This document shows positions 34,105 through 44,662 of a stretch of 53,718 nucleotides of DNA, in pieces. Within the stretch, counting starts at the first letter, position 1. Every line of letters starts with the position of its first letter. The DNA comes from a virus (Duplodnaviria; Caudoviricetes), in IMG/VR virus record IMGVR_UViG_3300030380_002559, positions 1 to 53,718 of that record; one strand, 5' to 3'. Made by a program: the position numbers and the translations under genes. A model generated the notes under the pieces. That model was given only the letters and a program-made list of their open reading frames with translations, searched no databases and was not told the DNA's origin.

Positions 34105-34689
34105 CTATTTAGCGATCTTCGATTTAAAGCCGGTGTACAGACCAAGCAAGTCGACAGGTAAATCTGTCCCTTTTTCAATCTGTTCTTTAGCAAAAGCCTT
34201 CAGGGTTGAGTGGTGAACCGCTTCTTTGGTTTCGATCTTAATACCACGAGCTTGCAGTACGTCGACCGCAACCTTCCAGTTATCATCACTTTTACCAAAT
34301 TTTGCTGTTACTTCCCTTTTGATGATGTCACCAAAACCATTGTCGACGAGCCACATATAGGCTTCTTCGGCTTTAGCTTTCGTGATATGGGCAGTAACAA
34401 ACGGTTCGGCTTTCACCCTAGAGCCATCTGCCAAACGTATCTCAGATACGCCAGCTTCGGCCAAAGCATCAGGAAGGTCGTGTTCTTGAACGACACGTAG
34501 TTGTTCCTTCTTCGCTTTCAGCTGATCCTCGAGTTCGGCTACACCGCGCTCAAGGTCGAGTTGTTTATTTGCCAACTCAGCAATGCGACGGACTTCACCG
34601 TCGGTTGCCTCGACTGCTAGGGTGTTTATCGCCTCGCCCCCGAGGATATCGTCAAGGTTATCGTTAACCAAAGTTTTCTCCTTTTTCAA
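34105..34689 (-). CDS. Conserved phage replication-module protein
   Basis: Coiled coil, then LPDAL...LADG...WLVDNGFGDIIK...VHHSTLKAF. True start is probably the TTG near 34671 after AAGGAG. Confidence 0.65.
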   Translation of the reverse strand: MKKEKTLVNDNLDDILGGEAINTLAVEATDGEVRRIAELANKQLDLERGVAELEDQLKAKKEQLRVVQEHDLPDALAEAGVSEIRLADGSRVKAEPFVTAHITKAKAEEAYMWLVDNGFGDIIKREVTAKFGKSDDNWKVAVDVLQARGIKIETKEAVHHSTLKAFAKEQIEKGTDLPVDLLGLYTGFKSKIAK

Positions 34690-34752
34690 GGTTAGAAGCT
34701 AATTACCGTATAGTCTGTCCTATAGGTTTTAAAGGACGTTTTACTGTTTAAG

Positions 34753-34860
34753 TCCGTCATAATCTCATAATCTCATAAAAAGGTATCTAAGTAGCTGTTG
34801 CTACTGAGTAACTTTCTTATGACAATAGCGATGACATTATGAGATAGATAAGCCGTCGCG
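34753..34860. repeat. Iteron-like element B (inverted relative of A)
   Basis: 3x TCATAA at 8-bp period (34757, 34765, 34773), 2x TTATGA (34817, 34837), GATAAGCCGTCGCG (34847-34860). Confidence 0.7.
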
Positions 34861-34910
34861 AGAGAGTTCTGAGGTCACAGCAAATACTTATGTACTACAA
34901 CAACATTAGC

Positions 34911-34939
34911 TTTACTCGGGAGGTATACTATATTATAAA
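34911..34939 (+). promoter_or_regulatory. Promoter for the divergent helicase operon
   Basis: TTTACT-17 nt-TATAAA; contains TATACTATATTAT like the 24401-24440 promoter. Confidence 0.55.
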
Positions 34940-34954
34940 TCCCGAAACAGGTAG

Positions 34955-36412
34955 GTGCTTTTTATGACATTCACGTTTAAAACTAAACCGTATGATCATC
35001 AGCTACAAGCGCTCGAGGCTTCTTACCAAAGCGAATCCTTCGCGTTACTTATGGACATGGGAACTGGAAAGTCCAAGGTTCTTGTAGATACCCTCGCGTA
35101 CCTAGATAGTCAGGATTTAATTAATTCAGCTATCATTCTTGCTCCGAAGGGCGTTTACAAAAACTGGGTCGGTAAGGAACTTCCAGTCCACATGCCCGAT
35201 ATGGTAAAACACAAAGTTGCATATTGGGCTTCCCCTTTAACGAAAGCGCATAAAGAAGCCATTCGAGAAATATGGAGGCCAGACGACAACCTTCACATCC
35301 TCGTTATGAATATCGAAGCGCTATCTACTGGGAAAGCTGAAGAAGTCGCTACAAAGTTTATTTCTTCGCATGGTGGTTCGACATTAATCGCTATCGACGA
35401 GTCGACGGTAATTAAGAACCATAAAGCGCGTAGAACAAAAGCGGCTATTCGTATTGCTAAACGCTGTAAGTACAAAAGGATTCTTACAGGGTCGCCGATT
35501 ACTAAAACACCGCTAGATTTATTTGCGCAGTTTCAATTCTTAGGTGAACAGCTATTAGGTTTTAAATCCTACTACGCTTTTTGCGCTCGTTATGCAGATA
35601 TGATAAAACGCAGTGCGTCTGGTGGGTCGCACCAATATAACCAGATCCTTGGGTTCCGTAACCTCGACGAGCTTACTGAATCTATCAAGCCGTATTCGTT
35701 TCGAGTTACAAAGGAAGAGTGTCTTGATCTACCGGAAAAGACATATACAATGCGCTCAATCGAGCTAACGCCCGAACAAAAGAAAATGTACAACCAAATG
35801 AAGAAGACCGCTGTGGCGTTACTGGACGACATGGATATGGTAACTGCGAACGCCGTTATCACGCAGCTTCTTAGGCTACATCAAATTAGTTGCGGCTTTG
35901 TAAATACGGACGATGGGAATATTGTCCGGTTCAATAACAACCGTATGCCAGAGCTGTTAGCTATCTTAGAAGAAGTAAACGGCAAAGCGATTATTTGGGC
36001 TAATTACCGACACGATATTATGGCTATCGAAATGGAGTTAGCAAGAGCTTATGGTTCAAGCTCCGTAGCTACTTATTTTGGGGACACAGACGGTGAGGCG
36101 CGTCAAGATATTGTTGATCGATTTCAAACTGACGAAGATCTAAGGTTCTTCGTTGGACAGCCGAGAACAGGTGGATATGGGTTAACTTTAACTGCCGCAT
36201 CAACAGTAATTTATTATAGTAACAGCTACGATCTTGAAGTAAGGTTGCAATCAGAAGACCGTGCGCATAGAATAGGTCAAACGAACGCGGTTACTTACAT
36301 CGACATAATCGCGCAAGGTACGGTCGACGAAAAGATAGTCGGTGCTCTACGCAAGAAAATAAATATCGCGACACAAGTGCTAGAGGAAGATTGGAAAAAA
36401 TGGCTGATCTAA
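34955..36412 (+). CDS. SNF2-like superfamily 2 helicase
   Basis: DMGTGKS, DESTVIKN, LTGSP, QLLRLHQI, GYGLTLT, QSEDRAHRIGQ. Confidence 0.92.
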   Translation: MLFMTFTFKTKPYDHQLQALEASYQSESFALLMDMGTGKSKVLVDTLAYLDSQDLINSAIILAPKGVYKNWVGKELPVHMPDMVKHKVAYWASPLTKAHKEAIREIWRPDDNLHILVMNIEALSTGKAEEVATKFISSHGGSTLIAIDESTVIKNHKARRTKAAIRIAKRCKYKRILTGSPITKTPLDLFAQFQFLGEQLLGFKSYYAFCARYADMIKRSASGGSHQYNQILGFRNLDELTESIKPYSFRVTKEECLDLPEKTYTMRSIELTPEQKKMYNQMKKTAVALLDDMDMVTANAVITQLLRLHQISCGFVNTDDGNIVRFNNNRMPELLAILEEVNGKAIIWANYRHDIMAIEMELARAYGSSSVATYFGDTDGEARQDIVDRFQTDEDLRFFVGQPRTGGYGLTLTAASTVIYYSNSYDLEVRLQSEDRAHRIGQTNAVTYIDIIAQGTVDEKIVGALRKKINIATQVLEEDWKKWLI

Positions 36413-36624
36413 TTGACGAGTTCAAACAACTTAGAAAAGAGTCTGGACTTTCTCAAAAAGATGTCTCTAAAGATACAGGCGTGAGCCTAATAACTGTGTA
36501 CACATGGGAAGCTAAACAGCGGCAACCCACCTTGTCGAACTTCAATAAGGTTCTAAACAAGATGGGTTATGAGGTTGCTATCCAACCGCTCGCATCCGCT
36601 GAACCAACCGCTCAGCACGGTTAG
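36400..36624 (+). CDS. XRE-family HTH regulator
   Basis: LRKESGLSQKDVSKDTGVSLITVYTWE...PTL. Confidence 0.8.
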   Translation: MADLIDEFKQLRKESGLSQKDVSKDTGVSLITVYTWEAKQRQPTLSNFNKVLNKMGYEVAIQPLASAEPTAQHG

Positions 36625-37021
36625 TCACCTGCTTATACCAGCGTGAGTCGATCATCTCGTCTGCGGCTTTTTGCCAATCACGAGCATCGACACCGGCTTT
36701 CATACCCTTAAACTTAGACAAGCGCGGGTGGCCAAGATTAAACATCATGTTGGCTACGATTAACTGAACTTCTTCGGGTAAGTCGCCAAAGTCTTGGTAA
36801 AGTTTTTCGCAGTCGTCAAGAACAACTTGTATATCTGTTTCGAACGCTTCTAGCACTCGTTCAGACGATACAGCCGCGCCTACTTCTAAACCATATTCTG
36901 GGTCGTCTTTCCTAATAAGATGACCAATACCAAAGGTCGGAAGATCAAGGTGATCTAAATAGACAGCGTATACGCAGCCTTCATCAGCCTCTAAATCTCT
37001 TTTTAGTTTATCTGTATCCAT
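36578..37021 (-). CDS. Lysozyme/endolysin (GH24, T4-lysozyme-like)
   Basis: DEG...YLDHL..PTFGIGHL (E-x8-D-x5-T), NMMFNLG, AADEMIDSRWYKQV..RA.RL. Confidence 0.9.
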   Translation of the reverse strand: MDTDKLKRDLEADEGCVYAVYLDHLDLPTFGIGHLIRKDDPEYGLEVGAAVSSERVLEAFETDIQVVLDDCEKLYQDFGDLPEEVQLIVANMMFNLGHPRLSKFKGMKAGVDARDWQKAADEMIDSRWYKQVTNRAERLVQRMRAVG

Positions 37022-37399
37022 TTACTTCTTTATCCCTTTTATCCCGCGCAATCCAAATGATGCTGCTATTGAGGCGTACATAGCCCATTGAAACCAATCT
37101 GGTGTTGTTGATAATACTTCAAAACCTCTATCGACGTAGGGCTGAAGCGGCGGTATAAAACACATTGCGATAATCGCGATGAACAAAATTGTCCAAGCTT
37201 CATCTTTCCAGCTGTCTTTGCTGGCTTCAGCCATAATTTTTTCCCACCCAGCTTCATGGGTGGCCGCGACTTTCATAACTTCAGCTTCAGCTTCGGCCTT
37301 TGCGACTTTTACGCGGGACTGAGCAGCTTTTTCTTCAGCTTTACCTTTTAGCCAGCCTCCGGCTATTTCAGCTATCGCGGGTATTAGAGCTTGTATCAT
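37022..37399 (-). CDS. Holin-like membrane protein
   Basis: SWKDE motif, hydrophobic helices, FGLRG; adjacent to the lysozyme. Confidence 0.65.
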   Translation of the reverse strand: MIQALIPAIAEIAGGWLKGKAEEKAAQSRVKVAKAEAEAEVMKVAATHEAGWEKIMAEASKDSWKDEAWTILFIAIIAMCFIPPLQPYVDRGFEVLSTTPDWFQWAMYASIAASFGLRGIKGIKK

Positions 37400-37629
37400 T
37401 AGTTGTAAACTCTGACTTGTTTCGGATCAACTGTCTTCGGTACGCAATACGCAGTAACCCTGTCTTTTGGGTTGATAAGGCTGATACTTCCGTAATTACC
37501 ATACCTTTTCGAAACTTGTGAGGCGTAGTAGTTACAATCAACAACCGAGTAGAAATACATATCTCCGCTCACTAGCGATCTAGTATTACCGGTTCCTAAA
37601 TAAACTAATAATAAAAAAGCATGAACCAT
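37399..37629 (-). CDS. Hypothetical small exported-type protein
   Basis: Hydrophobic N-terminus; YF...C...AYCVP. Confidence 0.55.
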   Translation of the reverse strand: MVHAFLLLVYLGTGNTRSLVSGDMYFYSVVDCNYYASQVSKRYGNYGSISLINPKDRVTAYCVPKTVDPKQVRVYN

Positions 37630-37632
37630 TAA

Positions 37633-37830
37633 TCATTTCTTTTCAGACCCTAGCCACACTGCGAACGCGCCTGTCATTGCCCCGCTGACTACGCTTACCA
37701 TCGCACTTTGCTGAGTAGTAATGTCTTCAAGTGACATCCCCCATTCGATCACACGAATATACATAATCGTCATAACAAACATCATAAAACGCGGCAGGAG
37801 CTTCCACTGCAGTACCTGTTCAGCGCTCAT
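37633..37830 (-). CDS. Small 2-TM membrane protein
   Basis: WKLLPRFMM...QSAMVSVVSGAMTGAFAVWL. Confidence 0.65.
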   Translation of the reverse strand: MSAEQVLQWKLLPRFMMFVMTIMYIRVIEWGMSLEDITTQQSAMVSVVSGAMTGAFAVWLGSEKK

Positions 37831-38273
37831 TTTATTGTTCCTTTCGCTATCAGTATTAAATACACTAAAGCACCGATTGCACCAGAAAGTAATAACCCTA
37901 CAAGACCTAAACCTATTTGTTCTCGTAACGCAGCTCTTTTTCTAGCAGCTGTTTTTCTAGCAGCTGCACGACCGTCTTTTGCTTGTTCGCAATATTTTTG
38001 ATAATCCTTCCACATACCGGGTCTACCAGCATAAATCATTATTTCTTTTAACTGCTGTTCCTGTTCTTTAATTTTTTCAAGAGCCATAAATTCTTCAAGA
38101 TCGGCACCACCTACGCCTCTTGCGCGTTTCTTGTTTGCTTCGCGCTCAATTTCTTCTTTTGCTCCAAGAAATTGACCTAACGCCTTTCCTGCAGAATGAA
38201 TTTCTTTTCCATTCTGGATTGTTGTTTTGATAACTTGGAATGCTGCATTTGCTGCTGCGAGTTCTGCGAGCAT
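37827..38273 (-). CDS. Conserved phage protein with C-terminal TM
   Basis: MLAELAAANAAF...GRPGMW; hydrophobic C-terminus. Confidence 0.6.
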   Translation of the reverse strand: MLAELAAANAAFQVIKTTIQNGKEIHSAGKALGQFLGAKEEIEREANKKRARGVGGADLEEFMALEKIKEQEQQLKEIMIYAGRPGMWKDYQKYCEQAKDGRAAARKTAARKRAALREQIGLGLVGLLLSGAIGALVYLILIAKGTIK

Positions 38274-41221
38274 TACCTATTTCCTGCCTCTATTTCATCT
38301 AATAGCGCACGAGCCGGTGAGGGCCGATATACAGGTAAATCTTCGTTTGTCGGATCGTCGTATCGACCAAGTAAAATACGACCCATAGTCTTTTCAAACT
38401 CTTTTTGTAACAGCGGCTTTTTCGAAGCTCTAGCTGCTTCGGCCATAATACGTGGGTCAGCAAGAGACAAGGTCAAAGCATCTTCTTTCGCTTGCCCACG
38501 TACTCGGTTAAATGCAGTTAAGAAACGACCGGGGCGAGTAAACATTCCGACATAGCCACGAATAATCCCCGTCAGAAGATTACTTTCTGTTCTTGCGCCG
38601 CGCCTTGGTACTTCTTTAAGAGCAGCCTCGGTCGCGTCAAGGACCGTTCTTAAATTTTGTACATAATCCGCGCCGAATAGCGTTTTCATTTTGGCTTCGT
38701 TGGCGTCTATATAAATACGCATTTCAGCGGGATCTAAAACTTGACGACCATTTACTGTTTTCACGCGCTTTGCAGCCGGGTCAAACATATCCTTATATAC
38801 AAACGCTTTGAACGTATCCATCAGTTCAGGGCTTTGACGAAGCGTACTATAAACTTCATCAAATCTGGTAAACCGATCATTTCGCCATGTGTTTTCAAAA
38901 ATAAGCTCAGGCTCGATTTCTTTTCCGCCGCCTAAATTAAGCTGAGTTCTAATTTTATCTGAAGCTACTTTTTTACCGGCTTGAATATTGTCAACTTGTT
39001 TTGCAAAAGCAGAAGCGTCTCCAAGTAGACTACGTTCAGCAGTAGTAAGGTACGCATCCATCGCCGCACCGTACTCTCTAACGAAACGGTTATGCTTTGC
39101 AACGTCAATGCGGACAATTTCGTTTGTTTTAGGATCGCGAGTAACAACTGTATCTGACCATTTTTTACGGATCGTAGCTCCTACGTCATTAAATAGGTCT
39201 CGGTTTGCAGGTGTGTTTAAAGTGTCTGCAATATCTAAAACAGCCGTCGCACCACGTGAATCTTTTTGGAATAATAAGTTCCACGCAGCTTCAGGGTTTT
39301 TAGCTGTCCGAAGTTTTGCTACAGCAGATTTTTGTACATTACGAAACTGATTCGAAAACTTAGCAAACGAATCATCAAGGACTTTTAATTCTTCTGCTAA
39401 CCCTTCAGGTGCGCCTTTTCGTGAAATAACTCGGTTACGAGCTGTTTCAAGCGCATCCACCATACCGGAAATTGTTTCTGGGCTAGGTGCGGCTTCACCG
39501 CGTTGAGCGGCTAAGTATGCTTTGCGCTCTAATCTACGAAGATCTCGAATATTTTCATTTAAGGTGCGGAGTGACATAGGCTTGATTTTAACCGCTGCAC
39601 CCGAAGAACTTTCGACAAAAGAATCTAAAACTTTATTAACAACCGCTGCATCGCCCGGATCAGCGAAGGGCCGACTGGGTAAAGTCGCCTTTAAGTCTTG
39701 AGCGAAACGAACAGCTTCGGTAGGGCGGATGGCACCCTTACCGGGGATAACACTATCAATAGATATTCCTGTAGCTTCTGACCAGCGTTGGAATAAACCT
39801 TCATATTCTTTACCAATTCTTAATGAAGCAGTTTCAAACGCTTCTCCGATCGCATCTTGCGCCGCACCACCTAAAGCAGGCTCTCCACGAAGCGACGGGG
39901 GTAAATTAAGAGCGTCGTCAATAGCTGATTCAACATTTACAAGCTGCTGGGATACGACTGCTTCGAGATCTGCTGTTCTAGTAGCAGCTGTTTCTGCAGC
40001 AATATTTTGAATATCAGAACCCAAAGCTGCGCGGTCAGCTTCATTAAGCCTAGCGCTTGTTCCGCGCACACCGGGGGGCATAGCTGGTTCTATCGCAGCT
40101 TCTGCACGGATAGCTTCATCTGCCGCAGCTGTTCTTTGAAGGCTCGGGGTAAGTAGCGCGTCCGCCGTTTCACGTGATGGTGATTTTACAACCGAAGCTT
40201 CACGTTCAGCAAGTTCTGTGGCTGCCGCTTGCATAGCCGCTGTATCACCCGCACCGGTTGCTTTTGCTGCTCCGGCTTCTAAAATTTGAGCAGATGAGGG
40301 AAGTACATCAATTTCTGCCGCTTTTTGACCAGCGGGGCTTTCCATAAAATTGTTATATGCTTTGAGGAAAGTATCCTCATTAATGTCTACAGCAAACTTA
40401 GGACTTGCTGCGCCCATTGCTCGAAGGACAGGCTGTATGGCTTTAAATGCCACGGTGCCGCCAATACCGAAGGCCGCACTAAAACCGGCTTCTTTTAAAG
40501 CTTGGGAAATAATAGCGTCTTCGGGTAAATCAGGAGGTAAAAACCCTTTGCTTTTAGCATAAGTTAGACGACCAAGAGATGCAGCGAAAGCAGCAGTAGA
40601 AGCCGCAAGAATCGGGGTTAAAGGTACTTGACCCACACCAGGAATCATTGCAGAGCCGACGCCAGCGGTAACTTCAGCCGCGATCGGTATTAACATGTCT
40701 GCCGAAATATCAGCGACATCACCTAAAACATCCTGCGGTCCAAAAGGATCAACGACGTTATACTTACCATCAAAACGAGGATCTTTAAATTCAAGCCGAC
40801 CACTAACATCACCAACCCGCAGACCGAAATCATAATCGCCGGTTACTAAACCTTCTTTTTCAAAATACCTCTGAAGATTGTATTCGACGTTTTTCTTTTG
40901 TAACTCTGGGTTAAATAAAGTTGTCGTACTAAGATCAAAACGTAATCCCGTGGGAATGCCTTCATTTAAAATCCCAGCTTCTTTTGCGAGTATGCCCGGC
41001 GTTTTATACCCGCCAGTTATTAATTCATTAAAATCAGGAACTTCTTTTGGTTGTAAATTAGCATCCGGACGATCCGTACCCATTGAAAACGGTGTTGACA
41101 TACCTTGTGATACGACATCAGAAAATGACGGTGCAGCCTGAGGCACAGCTGCTGTTGCAGCCGCTTGTTGACTAGATGCTAATAGACGCTGGTCAATGAT
41201 GTCATCTAAAATACTGCTCAT
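38273..41221 (-). CDS. Large internal virion (DNA ejection) protein, putative
   Basis: 982 aa, Ala-rich helical, with a hydrophobic segment; typical podovirus position. Confidence 0.55.
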   Translation of the reverse strand: MSSILDDIIDQRLLASSQQAAATAAVPQAAPSFSDVVSQGMSTPFSMGTDRPDANLQPKEVPDFNELITGGYKTPGILAKEAGILNEGIPTGLRFDLSTTTLFNPELQKKNVEYNLQRYFEKEGLVTGDYDFGLRVGDVSGRLEFKDPRFDGKYNVVDPFGPQDVLGDVADISADMLIPIAAEVTAGVGSAMIPGVGQVPLTPILAASTAAFAASLGRLTYAKSKGFLPPDLPEDAIISQALKEAGFSAAFGIGGTVAFKAIQPVLRAMGAASPKFAVDINEDTFLKAYNNFMESPAGQKAAEIDVLPSSAQILEAGAAKATGAGDTAAMQAAATELAEREASVVKSPSRETADALLTPSLQRTAAADEAIRAEAAIEPAMPPGVRGTSARLNEADRAALGSDIQNIAAETAATRTADLEAVVSQQLVNVESAIDDALNLPPSLRGEPALGGAAQDAIGEAFETASLRIGKEYEGLFQRWSEATGISIDSVIPGKGAIRPTEAVRFAQDLKATLPSRPFADPGDAAVVNKVLDSFVESSSGAAVKIKPMSLRTLNENIRDLRRLERKAYLAAQRGEAAPSPETISGMVDALETARNRVISRKGAPEGLAEELKVLDDSFAKFSNQFRNVQKSAVAKLRTAKNPEAAWNLLFQKDSRGATAVLDIADTLNTPANRDLFNDVGATIRKKWSDTVVTRDPKTNEIVRIDVAKHNRFVREYGAAMDAYLTTAERSLLGDASAFAKQVDNIQAGKKVASDKIRTQLNLGGGKEIEPELIFENTWRNDRFTRFDEVYSTLRQSPELMDTFKAFVYKDMFDPAAKRVKTVNGRQVLDPAEMRIYIDANEAKMKTLFGADYVQNLRTVLDATEAALKEVPRRGARTESNLLTGIIRGYVGMFTRPGRFLTAFNRVRGQAKEDALTLSLADPRIMAEAARASKKPLLQKEFEKTMGRILLGRYDDPTNEDLPVYRPSPARALLDEIEAGNR

Positions 41222-43761
41222 TATCGCCCCGCTTTATACTCTCTGTATGCTTCTAAATCTGCATCAGAAAATTTCTCTACAGCGCTTGCTAACCCAGCTC
41301 GGTCGTTTTCAAAAAGTTTTTCTAACACCCCGAGCGTGTTAAACAACTCAAGCTGCGCAGGTGTAAATTTACTATCTACGTTTCCAGTATCTACGTTTCC
41401 AGCGCCATCACCACGATATTTATCTAAAGATTGCATACGGATAAGTTGTCCGTTTGCTCCAGTCGGATCATAAATAATACGGTCAGATAGCCCAGACCGA
41501 ATACCTTCGTTATCCCTCAAAAACCGGTTTACATCAAAAGTCGTTCGGTCAGTAAGATCATCACCTGTTAAACCCTCAACCTCTTTGAGATATTTAAGAT
41601 TACCGGGTGCCTGATGGACTTTATTATACCGAATAGCATAATCGTTAGTTGCTGTCGTTAACGCTTGATTAATACCGGCAATTAAGGTCTCGCCGCTGGC
41701 AAACCACTTTCCTTCAGAAATATCGCCGCCACCAAAAGTAACAAGCGCAGCCGCAACATCTTTATCAGTTAATTTACCGGTTTCACGGCTACCCGCGAGA
41801 GCATAAGCAAAACTCATTAACTGACTCTGTATTGTCACATTACCGTCAGCAAGTTCTGATAACCGTGTAAAAACTTTACCAACAGTAGTATTACCAACCT
41901 TTTCGGTACTACCTTTCATAACGTCGGTAATAGTGCCGTTTAAATAACTTGCTTGGTTATCCGACGCTCTATTGCCAAAATTTCCAGTAATCGCCGTAAT
42001 TTGACCCGAAACGCCTCTAATACCAAGACCAAATTTAGAAACAACGCCAGTAACATCAGAAGGCGCTTCGCCTTTTGAAAGTGAAACCATAATACCGTCG
42101 GCAAGACCAAAAGCGGAACCAAGTGCGTTACCTTGGTTAGATAAATTGTTTGCTTTTTGTACAGCATCAGATGCGGCGAAAGCACCCGCTGCATCGGGTC
42201 CAGCGGCAACCATTTGACCATCAGCGAACACATACTGCTGAGCGGGTTTGCGTTCTGTCAAAAGTGAAATTCGGTTATTAACAGAAGTCAGTTGCGAATT
42301 TAATTCAGCATATTCTTTATCCTCTGAGGACATACCCTGCATTGCCGCCAGCAAGTCAGTTCTTGCAGCAAATTGACGTTGTAGTTCGTCAGAAGGCTGG
42401 TCACCGATCGACGGTTTAACACCAAGAATATTTACTAATCCTCGATTATCTTCCCCTACTTTCGATTTATCGGTAAAACCTTCGACGGTATAGATTTTGC
42501 CTTCTTTAAATTCTAACCCACCAAACTGGCTGGGGAAGGCGTTTTTGTAAAAATCGAATTCTTCTTTCGTTGAAATAACAAAATTCGACTCTACGATATT
42601 AGAGGCGTCAGCAACATCTTCCAGCTTTAAACCGTTCGCTTTTAGTAAAGCAAACATCGTGGCCGGAATATTATCTGCAGATACACCAGAAAATGCATTA
42701 GGATGACGCGCAATAATCGGTAGCGCTTTTTCTTTTTGATCTTTTGTTAAAATATTTAACGAATTCGAGATTGCAGTTGCTCGCCCACGAGCCTCTGTAC
42801 CGTCGATTTTTTCTTGGTTTTGATAAAACGTCGCTAAATCCATAACGAGTTTCGATTGGGCTTTACGTTCTTCACCAAGTTGTTTAGCTAATTGAACACC
42901 CAGCGTTTTTCTTTGTTTTTCGTCTTCACGAAATACACCAAACGCTAACTTATTTAACATGTCGCTTCGAGCGCTCTTTTCTTTCCGACGCTGTTTAGCT
43001 ACAGCAAACCCGCGTTCACCTGCAACACCTACGTCCTTTAAGAAAGAGCTAAGCTCAGAGTCGCCCGGTTGTTTTTTACCTTCACCACGGAGTAAGCTAA
43101 GACCGACAGAAACGGCTACATCCGCCCAAACTGGTGTTTCTTTACTCTGGTCAATTTTAAAGAATTTGTTAACTTCTTCACGCGCTTTTTCAGGTGTCGT
43201 TTTTTCTTTTAGTAACTGTTCAAACAACTCTGAAGATTGCGTACTATTTTGAATTTTAACTAAAGCGCCAAGGAGTTTAGCTAACTCTGGATTATTCTCG
43301 TAAGTTTTTTTCGCAGGTTCGGTGACATCATCAGAGTTATCTGTGGCCATCGACTCAATATCGCTTGCGTCCCCATCTTCAATTAATCGAAGAACGTCAC
43401 CCCCGACTACGTCTGAAGCTAGCGTTTTTGCTTGTTGATCGTCTTTTGGGGTCGTTTCAAATAACGTATCAGGTAAACCCATCGACTGAGCAAAACTTTG
43501 CTTAACCGACATAGGTGAATCGGCAAGTAAATCGCCGCCTAACGCTTCAGTCATAAATTGTTGTTGAGAAAGTGCTTCTAATCCTTGCGGTCCAGATGGG
43601 CGACTAATTTGCGCTCGCGGTACGTTCATACCCCGACCGTCTTGATAAACAGAAACAACGCCTTCCCTGTTTACACCGGGTCGAACAAACCCTGCTCTAG
43701 CAGGAGCCGTTGAACGATTCATTAATGCAGCGGGAGTCAAGAGCCTTGGATCAAGAGCCAT
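41221..43761 (-). CDS. Internal virion (ejection) protein, putative
   Basis: 846-aa helical protein in the ejection-gene block. Confidence 0.55.
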   Translation of the reverse strand: MALDPRLLTPAALMNRSTAPARAGFVRPGVNREGVVSVYQDGRGMNVPRAQISRPSGPQGLEALSQQQFMTEALGGDLLADSPMSVKQSFAQSMGLPDTLFETTPKDDQQAKTLASDVVGGDVLRLIEDGDASDIESMATDNSDDVTEPAKKTYENNPELAKLLGALVKIQNSTQSSELFEQLLKEKTTPEKAREEVNKFFKIDQSKETPVWADVAVSVGLSLLRGEGKKQPGDSELSSFLKDVGVAGERGFAVAKQRRKEKSARSDMLNKLAFGVFREDEKQRKTLGVQLAKQLGEERKAQSKLVMDLATFYQNQEKIDGTEARGRATAISNSLNILTKDQKEKALPIIARHPNAFSGVSADNIPATMFALLKANGLKLEDVADASNIVESNFVISTKEEFDFYKNAFPSQFGGLEFKEGKIYTVEGFTDKSKVGEDNRGLVNILGVKPSIGDQPSDELQRQFAARTDLLAAMQGMSSEDKEYAELNSQLTSVNNRISLLTERKPAQQYVFADGQMVAAGPDAAGAFAASDAVQKANNLSNQGNALGSAFGLADGIMVSLSKGEAPSDVTGVVSKFGLGIRGVSGQITAITGNFGNRASDNQASYLNGTITDVMKGSTEKVGNTTVGKVFTRLSELADGNVTIQSQLMSFAYALAGSRETGKLTDKDVAAALVTFGGGDISEGKWFASGETLIAGINQALTTATNDYAIRYNKVHQAPGNLKYLKEVEGLTGDDLTDRTTFDVNRFLRDNEGIRSGLSDRIIYDPTGANGQLIRMQSLDKYRGDGAGNVDTGNVDSKFTPAQLELFNTLGVLEKLFENDRAGLASAVEKFSDADLEAYREYKAGR

Positions 43762-43771
43762 TATCTAACTC

Positions 43772-44653
43772 CTACGCAACTGTTGTAGATGTGACGTTGC
43801 TGCCACTAGCAAACGGTTTATATCCTAATTGACCAGCTAACCCAAGACCAGTAGCTGCTACACCACCAATTTGAGATAATAGACTTTGGTTAGGCAAAGA
43901 CGATATTCCGACTGTAGACGAAGTAGTAGGAACTCCGCGCAATAGGTCACTAAAGAATCCAAACCGACGATAAGGTTCGTCTTGTTGCGCCATAAAGTTA
44001 GCTCTCTGGGTATCAAGAACTGCTTGCGCTTGTTGTTGTTCAAGAGAACCAATACCCAATAGATTTGCGATATCTTGTTGCCCCATTTGTTGGGTCTGAC
44101 CAGCAAGTCCAGCTAATTGGCCTCCCATACTACCTAACCCAGCGGCTCTAGCGCCAACAAGGTTTTGTGCATCCATAAACCCTGCTCTTCGAAGATTTGC
44201 TGACGTATCTCCAAAACTTCTCAAACCCGCACCTGCAATTTCCCCCGAGGCAAGACCTTGACGAGCGCCTCCAAAAGCCCCAGACCCTGTTGCGCTAGCT
44301 CCTAATTGGTTTTGTTGCATACGCGTTTGTTCAGCAATATCTCGACCAACATTTGCTATAACATCGCTGGTATAAGGGTTCATAAAATCCTTATAAGCGT
44401 TAGGGTCCGATAACATTGCCGACCCTGAATCGATTAAACCTTGGCTTTTATCGAGAAGGGGTTGATACGCTCCTATACCTTGATCAACAAGCGTCCCTGC
44501 TCGTTTTTGACGATCTGTAAGATCAGCAACTTCTTGTGGAGGAATAACATCTTCTTCTTGAACCCGCTGATATGCGGATTCAAGAAGTTTCCGAATATAG
44601 TCTTCCATAAATGGGGCAAGACGTTGAACTTGTTCTACAGTTTGTGTCGCCAT
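43772..44653 (-). CDS. DNA ejection/pilot protein, putative
   Basis: Gln/Gly-rich; FMNPY, GAFGGARQG; Gly-rich hydrophobic C-terminus. Confidence 0.6.
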   Translation of the reverse strand: MATQTVEQVQRLAPFMEDYIRKLLESAYQRVQEEDVIPPQEVADLTDRQKRAGTLVDQGIGAYQPLLDKSQGLIDSGSAMLSDPNAYKDFMNPYTSDVIANVGRDIAEQTRMQQNQLGASATGSGAFGGARQGLASGEIAGAGLRSFGDTSANLRRAGFMDAQNLVGARAAGLGSMGGQLAGLAGQTQQMGQQDIANLLGIGSLEQQQAQAVLDTQRANFMAQQDEPYRRFGFFSDLLRGVPTTSSTVGISSLPNQSLLSQIGGVAATGLGLAGQLGYKPFASGSNVTSTTVA

Positions 44654-44662
44654 ACTATACCC

